From assembly GCA_046704725.1 (NCBI GenBank), contig JBJKRI010000003.1, positions 10,107 through 74,106 of the forward strand: a stretch of 64,000 bases of DNA, written 5' to 3'. The first letter of the stretch is position 1, and every line of letters begins with the position of its first letter. Shown here piece by piece: positions 8,992 through 18,180 of the stretch. The notes beneath the pieces are model-generated. The model did no database searches and was not told the DNA's origin. It saw nothing but the letters and a program-made list of their open reading frames with translations. The translations under genes and the position numbers were made by a program. The stretch comes from Candidatus Woesearchaeota archaeon. GTDB lineage: Archaea > Nanobdellota > Nanobdellia > Woesearchaeales > SKIA01.

Positions 8992-9702
8992 GTGGCATTG
9001 CAGCGACTCGCCCGTTACGCAGAACCCGTCCGGATTGCGGCGGGTGTGTTGCTGCTCCTTCTCGCAGGATTCTGGACGCGCTTCAGCACTGTCTCCGCTA
9101 CCGCCCTGGCGTTCGCCGTGCTTCCCCTGTTCCCGCCCATCGGCGATGCCATCGCGAAGAAAGTCTCCCACCGTGCCGCCTACAGGCTCTATTTCCTCGT
9201 CCTGTTCGCAGCCCTCATCTTTGCGCTGTTCACCTCTCCAGGCATGGCGGGCATCAACGGTACGGCCGTCGTCCATGGCAATCGTGTGGTGACCGCGCGT
9301 GTGGGTGACGCGACGGCCATCGACGACGTCCAGTACGTGGTGACGCATGTCGAGACTCTTCCGAACGTGTACCTGCCGACCGGCGACCTCCAGCCCAAGA
9401 ACGGCCAATTCCTCTTCGTCGAGGTGCAGTTGATGAATCTAGAAGGGGAGCAGCGTATCGTGCCCGCGCCAACCTTCACGCTCGAGAACCGCGTAGGTAA
9501 CGTTTTCACCCCTGATCTTGTTGCGGAGCAAGCTTTGGGGAACACCGGCTTCCGGCCGTTCTCGTCGAGCGAGCTGCTGCAGTACCACCAGCCCATCGAT
9601 CGCGTCATCGTCTTCGACGTTCCCAAGGACAAGCGCGGCTGGTGGCTGCACGCGAAGGGCAACTGGATCTTCACCGACGAGTTGGTGGTGGCGCTGCAAT
9701 AG
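8992..9702 (+). CDS. Membrane protein with C-terminal DUF4352-like beta-sandwich domain
   Basis: GTG start. Two N-terminal TM helices. C-terminal GQFLFVEVQLMNLEGEQRIV...RVIVFDVPKD pattern. Confidence 0.45.
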   Translation: MALQRLARYAEPVRIAAGVLLLLLAGFWTRFSTVSATALAFAVLPLFPPIGDAIAKKVSHRAAYRLYFLVLFAALIFALFTSPGMAGINGTAVVHGNRVVTARVGDATAIDDVQYVVTHVETLPNVYLPTGDLQPKNGQFLFVEVQLMNLEGEQRIVPAPTFTLENRVGNVFTPDLVAEQALGNTGFRPFSSSELLQYHQPIDRVIVFDVPKDKRGWWLHAKGNWIFTDELVVALQ

Positions 9703-9862
9703 GCGTGCCGCAGAGCAGGCAGTTCTCGTCATCGTTCACGCGGAAGTTCCCGCAGTTCCTGCAGTAGTTCTCCAGGCAGCGCGTGCATGCGTACGTCTCG
9801 CTCACCCACCACTCACAGCTCCCCTCTGTTTTGTGTCTTTCGGAATGCTGGATCGTGAACAA
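9671..9862 (-). CDS. Possible small zinc-ribbon protein (63 aa) with a TTG start. Doubtful.
   Basis: Three CxxC pairs. No ATG in the ORF. Overlaps the 3' end of 8992..9702. Confidence 0.25.
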   Translation of the reverse strand: MFTIQHSERHKTEGSCEWWVSETYACTRCLENYCRNCGNFRVNDDENCLLCGTPIAAPPPTRR

Positions 9863-9870
9863 ATAAAGTT

Positions 9871-9880
9871 TCTATATAGA
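9871..9880. promoter_or_regulatory. Palindromic TATA element (tctatataga) in the divergent intergenic region upstream of thiI
   Basis: Perfect 10-nt palindrome. Second TATA-like box at 9885-9894. Confidence 0.35.
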
Positions 9881-9935
9881 ACCTACTATATCGAAAATAA
9901 ATAGGATTCATAAAGCGAGCGTCGTTCGCTCCACC

Positions 9936-11093
9936 ATGGAGGTCGTTGTCCATCACGCCGAGATCGCCCTCAAGGGCGGCAACCGCGGTTTCTTCGAGAA
10001 GAAGCTCTGCGAGAATCTCGAGGGCGCCGCCAAACGAAAGAACCTGTCATGCAAGGCGCGCCGCGACCAGGGCCGCATCCGTTGCAGCTTCGACGGAAAA
10101 GAGAGCGATCTCGATGCCGTCTTCGGCAAGACCTTCGGCGTCAAGGACTACGCGGTCGCCACGCGTATAGAAAGAACGGAAGAAGCGCTCCTCGAAGAGG
10201 CCCAGCGTCGCATGAAAGCCAGTGAAGCGAAGACCGTCCGCTTCGTGACAAAGCGCGCGGACAAATCCTTCCCGCTCACCTCATTGGACATCAACAAGCG
10301 CCTGGGCGAGGTGGCCAACAAGCACGCAAAGAAGGTCGACTACAGCGCGGGCGAGTACACGCTCCGCACCGAGGTCACAAAGGACGCCATCTACGTCTAC
10401 GACGAGAAACGTCCCGGCCTCGGGGGATTGCCGGTCGGCACAGCAGGAAAGGTCCTCGTCCTGTTCTCGGGCGGCATCGACTCCGCGGCAGCGGCGTACC
10501 TCGCCATGAAGCGCGGCTGCAGATGCGACTTCCTGCACCTGCACGCGCTCAGGAACAACGATGACGTGCTCAAGACGAAGATCCCGCGCATCATCGAGGC
10601 CCTCAACGACTACCAGCCGCGCGCGGTCCTCCACCTCTCGCCCTACCACGAGTATCAGTTGCGCACGATCGGCGCCATCCCGCAGCCCCTCGACCTGGTC
10701 GCCTTCAAGCACCTCGTCCTGCGCATCGGGCAGGGATTGGCGAGAAAGCACGGCTACAAGGCGCTCGTCACGGGCGACAGCATCGGGCAGGTCGCCAGTC
10801 AGACCCTCGACAACCTGCGCACCCAGAGATACGGCATCACCGCTCCCATCCTCTCCCCCCTCATCACCTATGACAAGCAGGAGATCATCGACCTCACGAA
10901 GAGAGCGGGGACCTACGAACTCTCCATCGAGGAGTACAAGGATTGCTGCAGCATCGTCAGCAGGAAACCCGACACCCACGCCAAACCGGAAGCATTGAAA
11001 GAAGCCCTCGAGAAGAGCGGTTTCGAGGAGGTCGTCAAGGCGACGGTCGACGCGACGACTTCTTCTTCGATCCCACAGACTGCACGACCCTGA
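9936..11093 (+). CDS. thiI: tRNA 4-thiouridine synthase ThiI (THUMP + PP-loop ATPase)
   Basis: PP-loop LFSGGIDSAAAAYL and an N-terminal THUMP-like region. Confidence 0.9.
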   Translation: MEVVVHHAEIALKGGNRGFFEKKLCENLEGAAKRKNLSCKARRDQGRIRCSFDGKESDLDAVFGKTFGVKDYAVATRIERTEEALLEEAQRRMKASEAKTVRFVTKRADKSFPLTSLDINKRLGEVANKHAKKVDYSAGEYTLRTEVTKDAIYVYDEKRPGLGGLPVGTAGKVLVLFSGGIDSAAAAYLAMKRGCRCDFLHLHALRNNDDVLKTKIPRIIEALNDYQPRAVLHLSPYHEYQLRTIGAIPQPLDLVAFKHLVLRIGQGLARKHGYKALVTGDSIGQVASQTLDNLRTQRYGITAPILSPLITYDKQEIIDLTKRAGTYELSIEEYKDCCSIVSRKPDTHAKPEALKEALEKSGFEEVVKATVDATTSSSIPQTARP

Positions 11094-11289
11094 TGCTGTC
11101 CACCAAGGCCCAGATCCACGCGGCGGCCATCGCGAAAATCCCGATGATCACTATCGCCAGTATCGCTCCGACAATCAATAGCACTAACTGCCAGATGCCG
11201 TGCGTGCGGTCCCCCCAGAAGTATGTCCCCAGGCCAGGGACGCAGAGATTGATGATGAGCATCGCCAGCGCTTCGGTCTCGTTCGCCAT
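11035..11289 (-). CDS. TM2-domain small membrane protein
   Basis: CVPGLGTYFWGDRTHGIWQLVLLIVG...IWALVD matches the TM2 pattern. Convergent 59-nt overlap with thiI. Confidence 0.45.
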   Translation of the reverse strand: MANETEALAMLIINLCVPGLGTYFWGDRTHGIWQLVLLIVGAILAIVIIGIFAMAAAWIWALVDSIRVVQSVGSKKKSSRRPSP

Positions 11290-11353
11290 GTTCCGCTGAT
11301 GTCTTCCGGAGTTATAAGGCTATCGCGGTGCTTTCCACAAGTCATATGAGGAG

Positions 11354-11812
11354 ATGGTGCCTAACCGTTCCATGTTCGTCCGCATCAAGCGCATAAAGGG
11401 GAAGCCGTACGCCTATCTCGTCGAGAACGTCTGGAAGGACGGCTCATCGCGCCAGCGCGTCAAGAGGTATCTCGGGCGCGTCATACAGGTACGCGACCAA
11501 TCCGCGCCGAGCGTGCCCCCTTCCGTGAAAGGAGATGACCTCATCTGGCATCTCATCGGAGAGGAGCTCGCTCCATTAGGTGATGTGCGCATCGATATCA
11601 GCAAGAGGAAGGTCACACGCGACGGACAGGAGGTCGTGCTCGCTCTCAACGGCGGATTCCTCTGCTCGTATACCGTCAAACAGGTCTTCCGGGCGCTCAA
11701 CGTCACGGGCGAGGACCACCCAGGAACGGCCCTCGCGGAGGCTTTCAGCCGAGCCGGCCTGCGCATACCCCAGGACCGCTTCGTCTCGCTCTACTTGAGG
11801 TACCGTTCATGA
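11354..11812 (+). CDS. Hypothetical protein (152 aa)
   Basis: Protein-like composition. TATA-like ttataagg at 11313-11320. Start could instead be the ATG at 11372. Confidence 0.45.
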   Translation: MVPNRSMFVRIKRIKGKPYAYLVENVWKDGSSRQRVKRYLGRVIQVRDQSAPSVPPSVKGDDLIWHLIGEELAPLGDVRIDISKRKVTRDGQEVVLALNGGFLCSYTVKQVFRALNVTGEDHPGTALAEAFSRAGLRIPQDRFVSLYLRYRS

Positions 11813-12081
11813 TATTCCTCCTCTTCCAGCTCCTCGACCTGCTCACCGCGGTCGTCCTCGTCCTCGCGCAGTTCGGGCTCGTCTCCTGGCAGATCCTCCT
11901 CTATCATGGCAGCTACCTCATCGCCAAAGGGATCTGGTACCACACCGACCCCCTCTCCTGGATCGACGCGGGCATCGGGCTCTACCTCATCCTCATGATC
12001 TTCGGCTTGCGCTCCGTCTTCAGCTTCATCGCGGCAGGCTATTTCCTCTACAAGCTCTCGCTCTACCTCATCTACTCGTAG
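11809..12081 (+). CDS. Small hydrophobic membrane protein (90 aa)
   Basis: ATGA overlap with the upstream gene. Three hydrophobic segments. Confidence 0.4.
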   Translation: MIFLLFQLLDLLTAVVLVLAQFGLVSWQILLYHGSYLIAKGIWYHTDPLSWIDAGIGLYLILMIFGLRSVFSFIAAGYFLYKLSLYLIYS

Positions 12082-12838
12082 AGCTCCACAGGTGCATCGC
12101 CCAGAGCGCCGCCACAGCGAGCAGCAACGACAGGACGTACGAGAACGTCCCGCTCAAAAGCGCGATCATCCCGAAGAAGAACATGAACGCCAGGCAGAAG
12201 ATCCACGCCGCGACCGACCACCACAGGATATGCAGTCCGTCGCCGGGACTGTTCGGCACGACATCCTGGAAGTAGCGCAGCTTGATCAGGTTGATGAGCT
12301 CGAAGGGGACCAGGCTGAACATGCCGTGCAGGAACGCCCCCATCACCACCACCATGAACAGATGGTAGCCGGTCAGCACGTACAGCGACTTGAACAAGAT
12401 GATGGCGAGCGTGGTCCCCGCCAGGCCACCGATGGCGACCTTGGCGCCGCTTTTCGGAGTATCGTAGCTGTAGTGCTTGTGCATGCGTCGCTCGGGATGC
12501 GCGTCGAGCTCGATGAGGTTCGGAGTGAAGAGCGGGACGTATCCTTGGCTGTAGATACCGATGAATGCCGACACGACAAGCCCTGCACTGAAGCGAACGA
12601 TACGCACGGTGTATCCCTCTAACGACGCGACGAGCTTGTGACCGCCCTCGTGGAGGTAGACCGCGACGGCCATGCCGACGAACACGAACAGGAGATTGCT
12701 CAGTCCGGTGACGGCGTTGAAGCTCGCACCCCCCCACAGCCGGAAGGTGAGCAGGAACGCGGCTAGCGCCGCGAGGATCAGTATGGATAAGACCTCGTCA
12801 CGCGTCAGCGTGATGTGGCGCGTCCGTTCCGTCCGCAT
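12068..12838 (-). CDS. Membrane-embedded zinc metalloprotease, M50/site-2-protease-like
   Basis: HEGGH (HExxH) inside a TM helix and a later GDG motif. Multi-pass membrane protein. Confidence 0.5.
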   Translation of the reverse strand: MRTERTRHITLTRDEVLSILILAALAAFLLTFRLWGGASFNAVTGLSNLLFVFVGMAVAVYLHEGGHKLVASLEGYTVRIVRFSAGLVVSAFIGIYSQGYVPLFTPNLIELDAHPERRMHKHYSYDTPKSGAKVAIGGLAGTTLAIILFKSLYVLTGYHLFMVVVMGAFLHGMFSLVPFELINLIKLRYFQDVVPNSPGDGLHILWWSVAAWIFCLAFMFFFGMIALLSGTFSYVLSLLLAVAALWAMHLWSSTSR

Positions 12839-13496
12839 GCCCCGCCTTCGCCTGGAGCGTATTTAAGCGTTCTGTCATGCCCGGAACGTGCCCCGCGCCC
12901 ACGACGGCCAGGATGCGCGCCTCGTGGCGTGATTGCTGCAGTCCCAACAGCTGGCGCGCCATGTGGTCGTTGCGCTCGTGCACGAGCACACGCGCGATCG
13001 CTGGGCTGATGCGGTCCAGCTCGGTCAGCATCTCTGTGACGAGCTTCTCGTCGGGCACATCGCGCAGGTCGAACTTGACGCGCGTGAAGCGGAACAATCC
13101 CTTGAACAAGCGCAGTTTCTCGCGCCAATTGAAGGCCTTGCTGAACCGGCGCAGCGTCACCTCGATGGGCCGGTCGATGAGCGCGACGGGGATATCCTTC
13201 TCCGCCGCCGCCAGGACGGCGGCCTTCATCTCGTCTCCCGGCGCTGTTCCGATGCGTCCGCCCATCTTCACCTCCACCCAATGCCCGAGCTTGGCGAACA
13301 ATGCTCCTGAGAGCCCGACGGCCTTGACCGTCGCGCGCAACGACGTCTCGGGCTGCGCCCCAGACAAGAGCTGGTGCAGCCGCGCCTGGTCCAGCTCCAC
13401 GGCCACGATGTCATACTCCCCCGACCGCACGGCTTCGCGCACGCGCTCTGCGCTGCGCGGACTGATATGGCTCGTCCCGATGATGTGGATGCTCAC
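12798..13496 (-). CDS. TraB/PrgY/GumN-family protein. Start uncertain, GTG at 13496 proposed.
   Basis: SIHIIGTSHISPRSAERV...DIVAVELDQARL matches the TraB family. The first ~130 aa of track ORF 12798..13931 are Ser/Arg-rich and overlap gene 13522..14064, so a shorter start is preferred. Confidence 0.55.
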   Translation of the reverse strand: MSIHIIGTSHISPRSAERVREAVRSGEYDIVAVELDQARLHQLLSGAQPETSLRATVKAVGLSGALFAKLGHWVEVKMGGRIGTAPGDEMKAAVLAAAEKDIPVALIDRPIEVTLRRFSKAFNWREKLRLFKGLFRFTRVKFDLRDVPDEKLVTEMLTELDRISPAIARVLVHERNDHMARQLLGLQQSRHEARILAVVGAGHVPGMTERLNTLQAKAGHADGTDAPHHADA

Positions 13497-13521
13497 GCCC
13501 TGGTGAGCGAACGGCCCTTTA

Positions 13522-14064
13522 TCATGGTATGGGATACGCTCGGGTGATGCCGCCGATAGCGACCCGGGCGATCTCCTCGCCCGAAGGTTGGCGCTGCTCG
13601 TACCACACGATGTGGGGTTCCACACCGATCTGCTTCTCATCGGATTGACGGACGATCCCTGCGAGGTATATCGGTTCCCTGTGTTGCAGCGCGAGATAAA
13701 GGATGTTCTGCGCGCGACGCAGGACGGCGCCTCCGCCGACGGAGACGATGGTCCGGTCAGGTTCCCTGAAAGGAGCACGCACGCTGACGGAACTCGAGAG
13801 ATACGAATTGAAGTGCTGCGTGACCTGCCCCCGAACGAATACGGGCGATCCCAACTCTGGTTGCCCTTCCAGAGCAGGGTACTTTTCATGGATACGCTCG
13901 CACAGCGTCGCATAGTTCGCAGGGGCGCCATCAGCGAGCCTCAATAATGAATACAGGTCGTCAACACCCTCGGCACGCAAGGGACGCGTCCACAACTCCG
14001 CAGTATCAGCCACTAAAAAAATCCAGTCCCGCCCCTCGTATTTAGGTGTTGCGGCTATCCGCAC
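13522..14064 (-). CDS. Hypothetical protein (180 aa). C-terminal TIVSVGGGAVLRRAQNILYL resembles the shikimate-kinase GGG motif, but no P-loop is present.
   Basis: Protein-like composition. Overlaps its neighbours by 10 nt (upstream) and lies 25 nt from TraB (downstream). Confidence 0.35.
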   Translation of the reverse strand: MRIAATPKYEGRDWIFLVADTAELWTRPLRAEGVDDLYSLLRLADGAPANYATLCERIHEKYPALEGQPELGSPVFVRGQVTQHFNSYLSSSVSVRAPFREPDRTIVSVGGGAVLRRAQNILYLALQHREPIYLAGIVRQSDEKQIGVEPHIVWYEQRQPSGEEIARVAIGGITRAYPIP

Positions 14065-14408
14065 CAGACGTCGCCGTAATGGAAGTCGGTCTCCTCCAGG
14101 TCGGCGTGGGGCGTGCCGTGCTCCTCGAAGTTCGCCGCCATATGCTCGTTGGGCTCGGTGGTCATGCCTTCCTCGATGAGCAGCCGGCGCTGCTTGCGCA
14201 TGAGGTCGTCGATGTCGTCGCCTCCGCGCACCTGCAGCGCGAGCATGTCCGTGTACTGGTAGAACAGGAGGTTCATGATGCCGTGCTGCATCATGTAGAT
14301 CTTGAAGCGCGGCGATGCGGTCTCCCGGCGCAGTACCTTGTATATGGGGTCGTCCCAGTTGTACTCGCCGTACAGCGTGTATTCCGTCACGCTCTTATGC
14401 GTAGTCAT
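14055..14408 (-). CDS. Hypothetical protein (117 aa)
   Basis: Real-looking C-terminal part of track ORF 14055..14534. ATG at 14408 overlaps the oxidase stop by 14 nt. Confidence 0.4.
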   Translation of the reverse strand: MTTHKSVTEYTLYGEYNWDDPIYKVLRRETASPRFKIYMMQHGIMNLLFYQYTDMLALQVRGGDDIDDLMRKQRRLLIEEGMTTEPNEHMAANFEEHGTPHADLEETDFHYGDVWCG

Positions 14409-15561
14409 GCAGCCTCCCCCGGTTGAGGATGTCGTTGTAGTCGTACTCGTCCTTGAGCTTGATGAGCGTGTTCCGCAATCGCTGCGGCACGTGCTTCTTC
14501 TTGACCAGTCCGTAGCCGAACTGCCCGGAGACATCCCCGCCCAACGCCTTCACCTTCTCGTAGAAGGCCGTGCGGTCCTGCTCCCCGAAGAACGGGTGCA
14601 CGATGCCCATGCCGATATGGCTGACAGCCGGCAGTTCTTGTTCCTCGCACCACGCGAGCAGGTCGTACATCTTCTCGGGCGCGACGGAACAGTCCTCGAT
14701 GATCGGATGGCCCGCGCGCATCGCCGCGTCCCACGCCTGGTCGCGCCCCTTCCAGATGCGGTCCTGGCTCTCCGGATTGACGATCTCCCCCTTGTCGCCC
14801 TCGTACTCGACGAGCAGATGATGCTTCTCCTCGATGCCGGACAGTCGGCTCATCTGCGGATTCATGTACTCCAGGCTGAGAACCGTGAGGTCCTCCTTTT
14901 TCTCGTCCACAGCGGACAACAGTTCGTGCAGCTGATCGAACGGCAGCACGTCGGTGCTGCGTTTCTCGATGATAGGATACACGCGGATCTTCGCGCTGAT
15001 GATGATGGCGCACGTGCCTTCCATGCCGATGAACTTCGGTTCTTGCTCCGGGTAGTGCTTTCCCGTTCCGTCGATGACCTCGAGCTCCATGACGTGCTTT
15101 CCCAATCGCCCGTGCTTGTGGCTGCGCCGGTCCATCTGGTTCATCGCGAGCAATGCGCCGATGGTCGCTACGTTCTTGCTCCCGGGCACGACGGGAAACG
15201 TGTGTCCGTGCTTCTCCAGGACCCGTTGCAGGTCCGACAGGACGACGCCTGTTTCCACGCGCACCCACCCCTCCTTGAGGTTGAGCGTGCTGATGCGGTC
15301 GAAGTGCGCCATGTCGAGCACGATGGAGTTCTCCGGAACCACCATGCCGAGCGGATTCGCCCCGAGGCCCCGCGTGACGACGGGGATGTTCGTGCGGTTG
15401 GCGTACACGAGTATCTGCCGCAGGTCTTCGGCATTCTTCGGGAACAAGACGATGCGCGCTTTTCCTTCCAGTCCGCTCGCGTCATAGCCGTACGCGAGCA
15501 GGTCGTTGGGATTGTCCAGCGCGTTCTCCACGCCCAATAACGGTCCGAAGTGCTCTCTCAT
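14395..15561 (-). CDS. FAD-linked oxidase (GlcD / D-lactate-dehydrogenase-like, PCMH-type FAD-binding)
   Basis: 388 aa, FAD_binding_4-type N-terminal domain. Confidence 0.8.
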   Translation of the reverse strand: MREHFGPLLGVENALDNPNDLLAYGYDASGLEGKARIVLFPKNAEDLRQILVYANRTNIPVVTRGLGANPLGMVVPENSIVLDMAHFDRISTLNLKEGWVRVETGVVLSDLQRVLEKHGHTFPVVPGSKNVATIGALLAMNQMDRRSHKHGRLGKHVMELEVIDGTGKHYPEQEPKFIGMEGTCAIIISAKIRVYPIIEKRSTDVLPFDQLHELLSAVDEKKEDLTVLSLEYMNPQMSRLSGIEEKHHLLVEYEGDKGEIVNPESQDRIWKGRDQAWDAAMRAGHPIIEDCSVAPEKMYDLLAWCEEQELPAVSHIGMGIVHPFFGEQDRTAFYEKVKALGGDVSGQFGYGLVKKKHVPQRLRNTLIKLKDEYDYNDILNRGRLHDYA

Positions 15562-15875
15562 CGGTCGTCCCCCGAACCCTTGATGGTCCCGTTCGCGAAT
15601 CGTTGTTCCAGCTTCTCGAGCATGAGCGCACAGAGCTGTTCGAGCGAGTAGCCGATCTCGTGCGCGTACGCGATCACGTATGTCAGCACGTCGGCGAGCT
15701 CTTTCGCCACATTCTGGTCGGTGGGCTTGTTCGGATCCTGGCGCAGCTGCTTCTTGCGCTTCTCGGCGACCTCTCCCGCTTCTCCGCAGACGGCGAGCGC
15801 GAGAAAGGTCTTGACGTCCTCCGCGCTGTAGCGCATGGTCTTGAGCGCCCGTTCCTCTAGTTCGTCCAAGTTCAT
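15558..15875 (-). CDS. MazG-like nucleotide pyrophosphohydrolase (105 aa)
   Basis: EAGEVAEK and ELADVL helices. The internal ATG at 15875 overlaps the upstream stop (ATGA). The track N-extension is low-complexity. Confidence 0.7.
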   Translation of the reverse strand: MNLDELEERALKTMRYSAEDVKTFLALAVCGEAGEVAEKRKKQLRQDPNKPTDQNVAKELADVLTYVIAYAHEIGYSLEQLCALMLEKLEQRFANGTIKGSGDDR

Positions 15876-16540
15876 ATCTCGACGAGCACCTCCGAGAGTT
15901 CCATGACCTGCGCCGAGGTGTTCCGCTTGAGATGCAGGTAGTCCTCGGGCGAGTCGGTGATGATGAGTTGCGCCGGTGCGGTGCGGGCGCGCCGCATCGC
16001 GAGCTTCGCCGCTAATCGTGGGCTGTTGTTGATGAGTCCTGTCGACGTTCCCAGGCATTGCGTTCGTTCCTTGCACTCGTCGAACTCCTTGAGGTGGAAT
16101 CCCGCCCGTACGAGGATCTCGCGCGGCTGGTGCACGATGCTGTTGCGCCGCACCTGCGTCGTATTGTCGTGGAAGCACGCTTCTGCGTTGTTGAAGCGCT
16201 GCACCTTGGCGATGTTCTCGTGCACGACCTGTGTGGTGTGCTTGGCTTCGATGCCTGGATAGAAGCGCCGGAGCATGTAGACCGCTTCTGGGCTCGAGCT
16301 GATGACGGTCTTGACCTTCATCGCTCTCAATCGCGCCAGGAGCTTCTTGCGGTGCTCCTCGAACTTCTCGTGGTATCCCTCGTCCCACAACGCCCAGCCG
16401 GTGTTGAGGTCCTCGACCAGGTCGAAGGCGATGCCGAAATCGCTCAGGAGGCTCTTCCAGTTCACGACCAGGTCCGGGAAGTACTTCGTGAGCGTGCTTC
16501 CTGGATAGTAGATGGTCTTCTTGAGCGAGAAGAGGGGCAT
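15872..16540 (-). CDS. CCG-domain Fe-S protein (HdrB/GlcF-like subunit)
   Basis: CFHD...QC.G cysteine-rich motif. Adjacent to the FAD oxidase. Start at internal ATG 16540. Confidence 0.5.
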   Translation of the reverse strand: MPLFSLKKTIYYPGSTLTKYFPDLVVNWKSLLSDFGIAFDLVEDLNTGWALWDEGYHEKFEEHRKKLLARLRAMKVKTVISSSPEAVYMLRRFYPGIEAKHTTQVVHENIAKVQRFNNAEACFHDNTTQVRRNSIVHQPREILVRAGFHLKEFDECKERTQCLGTSTGLINNSPRLAAKLAMRRARTAPAQLIITDSPEDYLHLKRNTSAQVMELSEVLVEI

Positions 16541-16562
16541 GGAGGAGGACGGCGAAACTGCG

Positions 16563-17285
16563 TTAATATAGGTTATGGTCGCCCTGTATGGCAGAGTAGA
16601 AGCGCTCCATGTGAGCGGTCCGGAGGTACTCGAGGCGGAACAGGGTCTCCTCAGCATCGGGCGAGCGTAACGGCTCAATCTCGTTGATGTACTTGGGAAT
16701 CGTCGCGAATGGCGGTTGCTGCCTCCAACTCTGTACAAGGTTCGCGAGGCGATAGGCCGCTGTATTGACAAGCCGTTCACGTTTCGACCTTCTCGTAGCC
16801 ATCGTCACTTGTTCGGACGCGATGCTGACGATACCCCGCTCGGCCGCACGCTCCCACAAACCGCTCGAGCCGACGATGCTCTCCGTCCAAGACGTGGGTT
16901 CCCCGAGCTGGGCGCGGACTTTGGCATCCATTTCCGTTCCCCAGTAGAGCATGATCGCAGGAAGGTCATCCGCTCGATATCGGAATCGATTGATGTTTGC
17001 GCGTACGTCCCTGAACTCGCTCAGTGAGAGGCTCGCGAGCCGTACACCTCTCAAGTAATCAAATGTTGGATGGTTGAACGTTTCGGATCGGACATCCGCT
17101 TCAGGTCCTGCGAAAGCTGCGATCCACCGTCCGGCCTCCTGCAGTGCACGATAATCTACCCGATGCCCGGGCGCGAATCTCGAGCTGCTGAGGACTGGGA
17201 CTTGATTAGGGACAGCTCCCCAGTCGCTCACAAGGTGCTGCACTCTGCGCTCCGGATCCTGTACGAGCATCAATCGGAGTTGCAT
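16563..17285 (-). CDS. Hypothetical protein (240 aa), first gene of the cluster
   Basis: ORF with protein-like composition. No recognised motif. Confidence 0.4.
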   Translation of the reverse strand: MQLRLMLVQDPERRVQHLVSDWGAVPNQVPVLSSSRFAPGHRVDYRALQEAGRWIAAFAGPEADVRSETFNHPTFDYLRGVRLASLSLSEFRDVRANINRFRYRADDLPAIMLYWGTEMDAKVRAQLGEPTSWTESIVGSSGLWERAAERGIVSIASEQVTMATRRSKRERLVNTAAYRLANLVQSWRQQPPFATIPKYINEIEPLRSPDAEETLFRLEYLRTAHMERFYSAIQGDHNLY

Positions 17286-17334
17286 ATGGGTCGCCTATAT
17301 TGCTTGTATAAAAACACTGGCTGCGTGGCGTGCA

Positions 17335-18120
17335 TCACGCTTTCTTCTTCAGGCCGGGGAACGCCAGTTCGAAGACTTGGGTGATCGCCGTCACGAAGTA
17401 CGGGGCGTCCACCCAGATGGCGACGTCGTAGTTCGGGTGCACCTCGTCGTCGGGCAGGAGCATGAAGACCATCTCCTTGCCGTCGGCGATGAGGAAGCGC
17501 GCGTCGACCTTGTCCGTCTCGTGGACCTGGACGTGCTCGGGCACGTCCTTCACGTGTCCGCTCACGATGGCCTTGATGGTCACGCCGCGCTTGGCCGCGT
17601 CCGCGAGCTCTTTGCGGAGCGCGTCGAGCTTGCGCGAGAGGCCGTCTGGCGTGGTCATGATGAGGATTTCTTTCTCGGCGCCCTTGATGAGGGCGCTGAA
17701 CTGCTCGTACGCGGAGTGCCTGTTGCGCAGCGCGCCGCTCTTGTCGGCGGGCTCCACCATCTCCACTCCTTGTGTGTGCAGCGTGCTCAGCTCGTCGAGG
17801 ATCTCGCTCCCCTTGAGCTCCTCCATCGTCTTGACTTGCGTCTCCGCGTCCTGGCGGATCTGCTTCTTGACCCGCTCGAGGACCTCCATCGGAGGCAGCG
17901 CGACGTACTTGATGGGCTTGCCGAGCTTCTGGACGATGAATCCTTTCTTCTCGAGGCTCTCAAGGACGTCGTAGGAGCGTGAGCGCGGAACGTTGGCGAT
18001 GTCGGAGAGCTCGCCCGCCGTGCTGACCCCTCTGCTGAGCAGGGCGGTCCACAGCTTGGCTTCGTAGCTGTTGAGCCCGAGTTGGCCGAGCTTCTTGATG
18101 AAGTCCTTGGTAACGAGCAT
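17335..18120 (-). CDS. trmB: TrmB-family transcriptional regulator
   Basis: N-terminal wHTH LGLNSYEAKLWTALLSRGVSTAGELSDIANVPRSRSYDVLESLEKKGF plus a C-terminal TrmB-type domain. ATG at 18120. TATA-like box at 18146-18153. Confidence 0.8.
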   Translation of the reverse strand: MLVTKDFIKKLGQLGLNSYEAKLWTALLSRGVSTAGELSDIANVPRSRSYDVLESLEKKGFIVQKLGKPIKYVALPPMEVLERVKKQIRQDAETQVKTMEELKGSEILDELSTLHTQGVEMVEPADKSGALRNRHSAYEQFSALIKGAEKEILIMTTPDGLSRKLDALRKELADAAKRGVTIKAIVSGHVKDVPEHVQVHETDKVDARFLIADGKEMVFMLLPDDEVHPNYDVAIWVDAPYFVTAITQVFELAFPGLKKKA

Positions 18121-18180
18121 GTTACAACCGGAGAAGGGCAACGAGTATATAAACCTTTTCGCCAAATAGAAGTGGTGACA

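Noticed and set aside
11035-11093. 59-nt convergent overlap between thiI and the TM2-domain gene as a possible annotation error
   Set aside because: Both proteins have intact family-specific termini. Convergent overlaps of this size occur in compact archaeal genomes. Kept both.
13497-13931. Long N-terminal part of track ORF 12798..13931 (TraB)
   Set aside because: Ser/Arg-rich. Overlaps gene 13522..14064 in another frame over ~400 nt. TraB homology only begins near residue 140.
15876-16388. N-terminal 171 aa of track ORF 15558..16388
   Set aside because: Low-complexity (His/Arg/Gln-rich) and antisense or out of frame with the CCG protein. MazG domain starts at internal ATG 15875.
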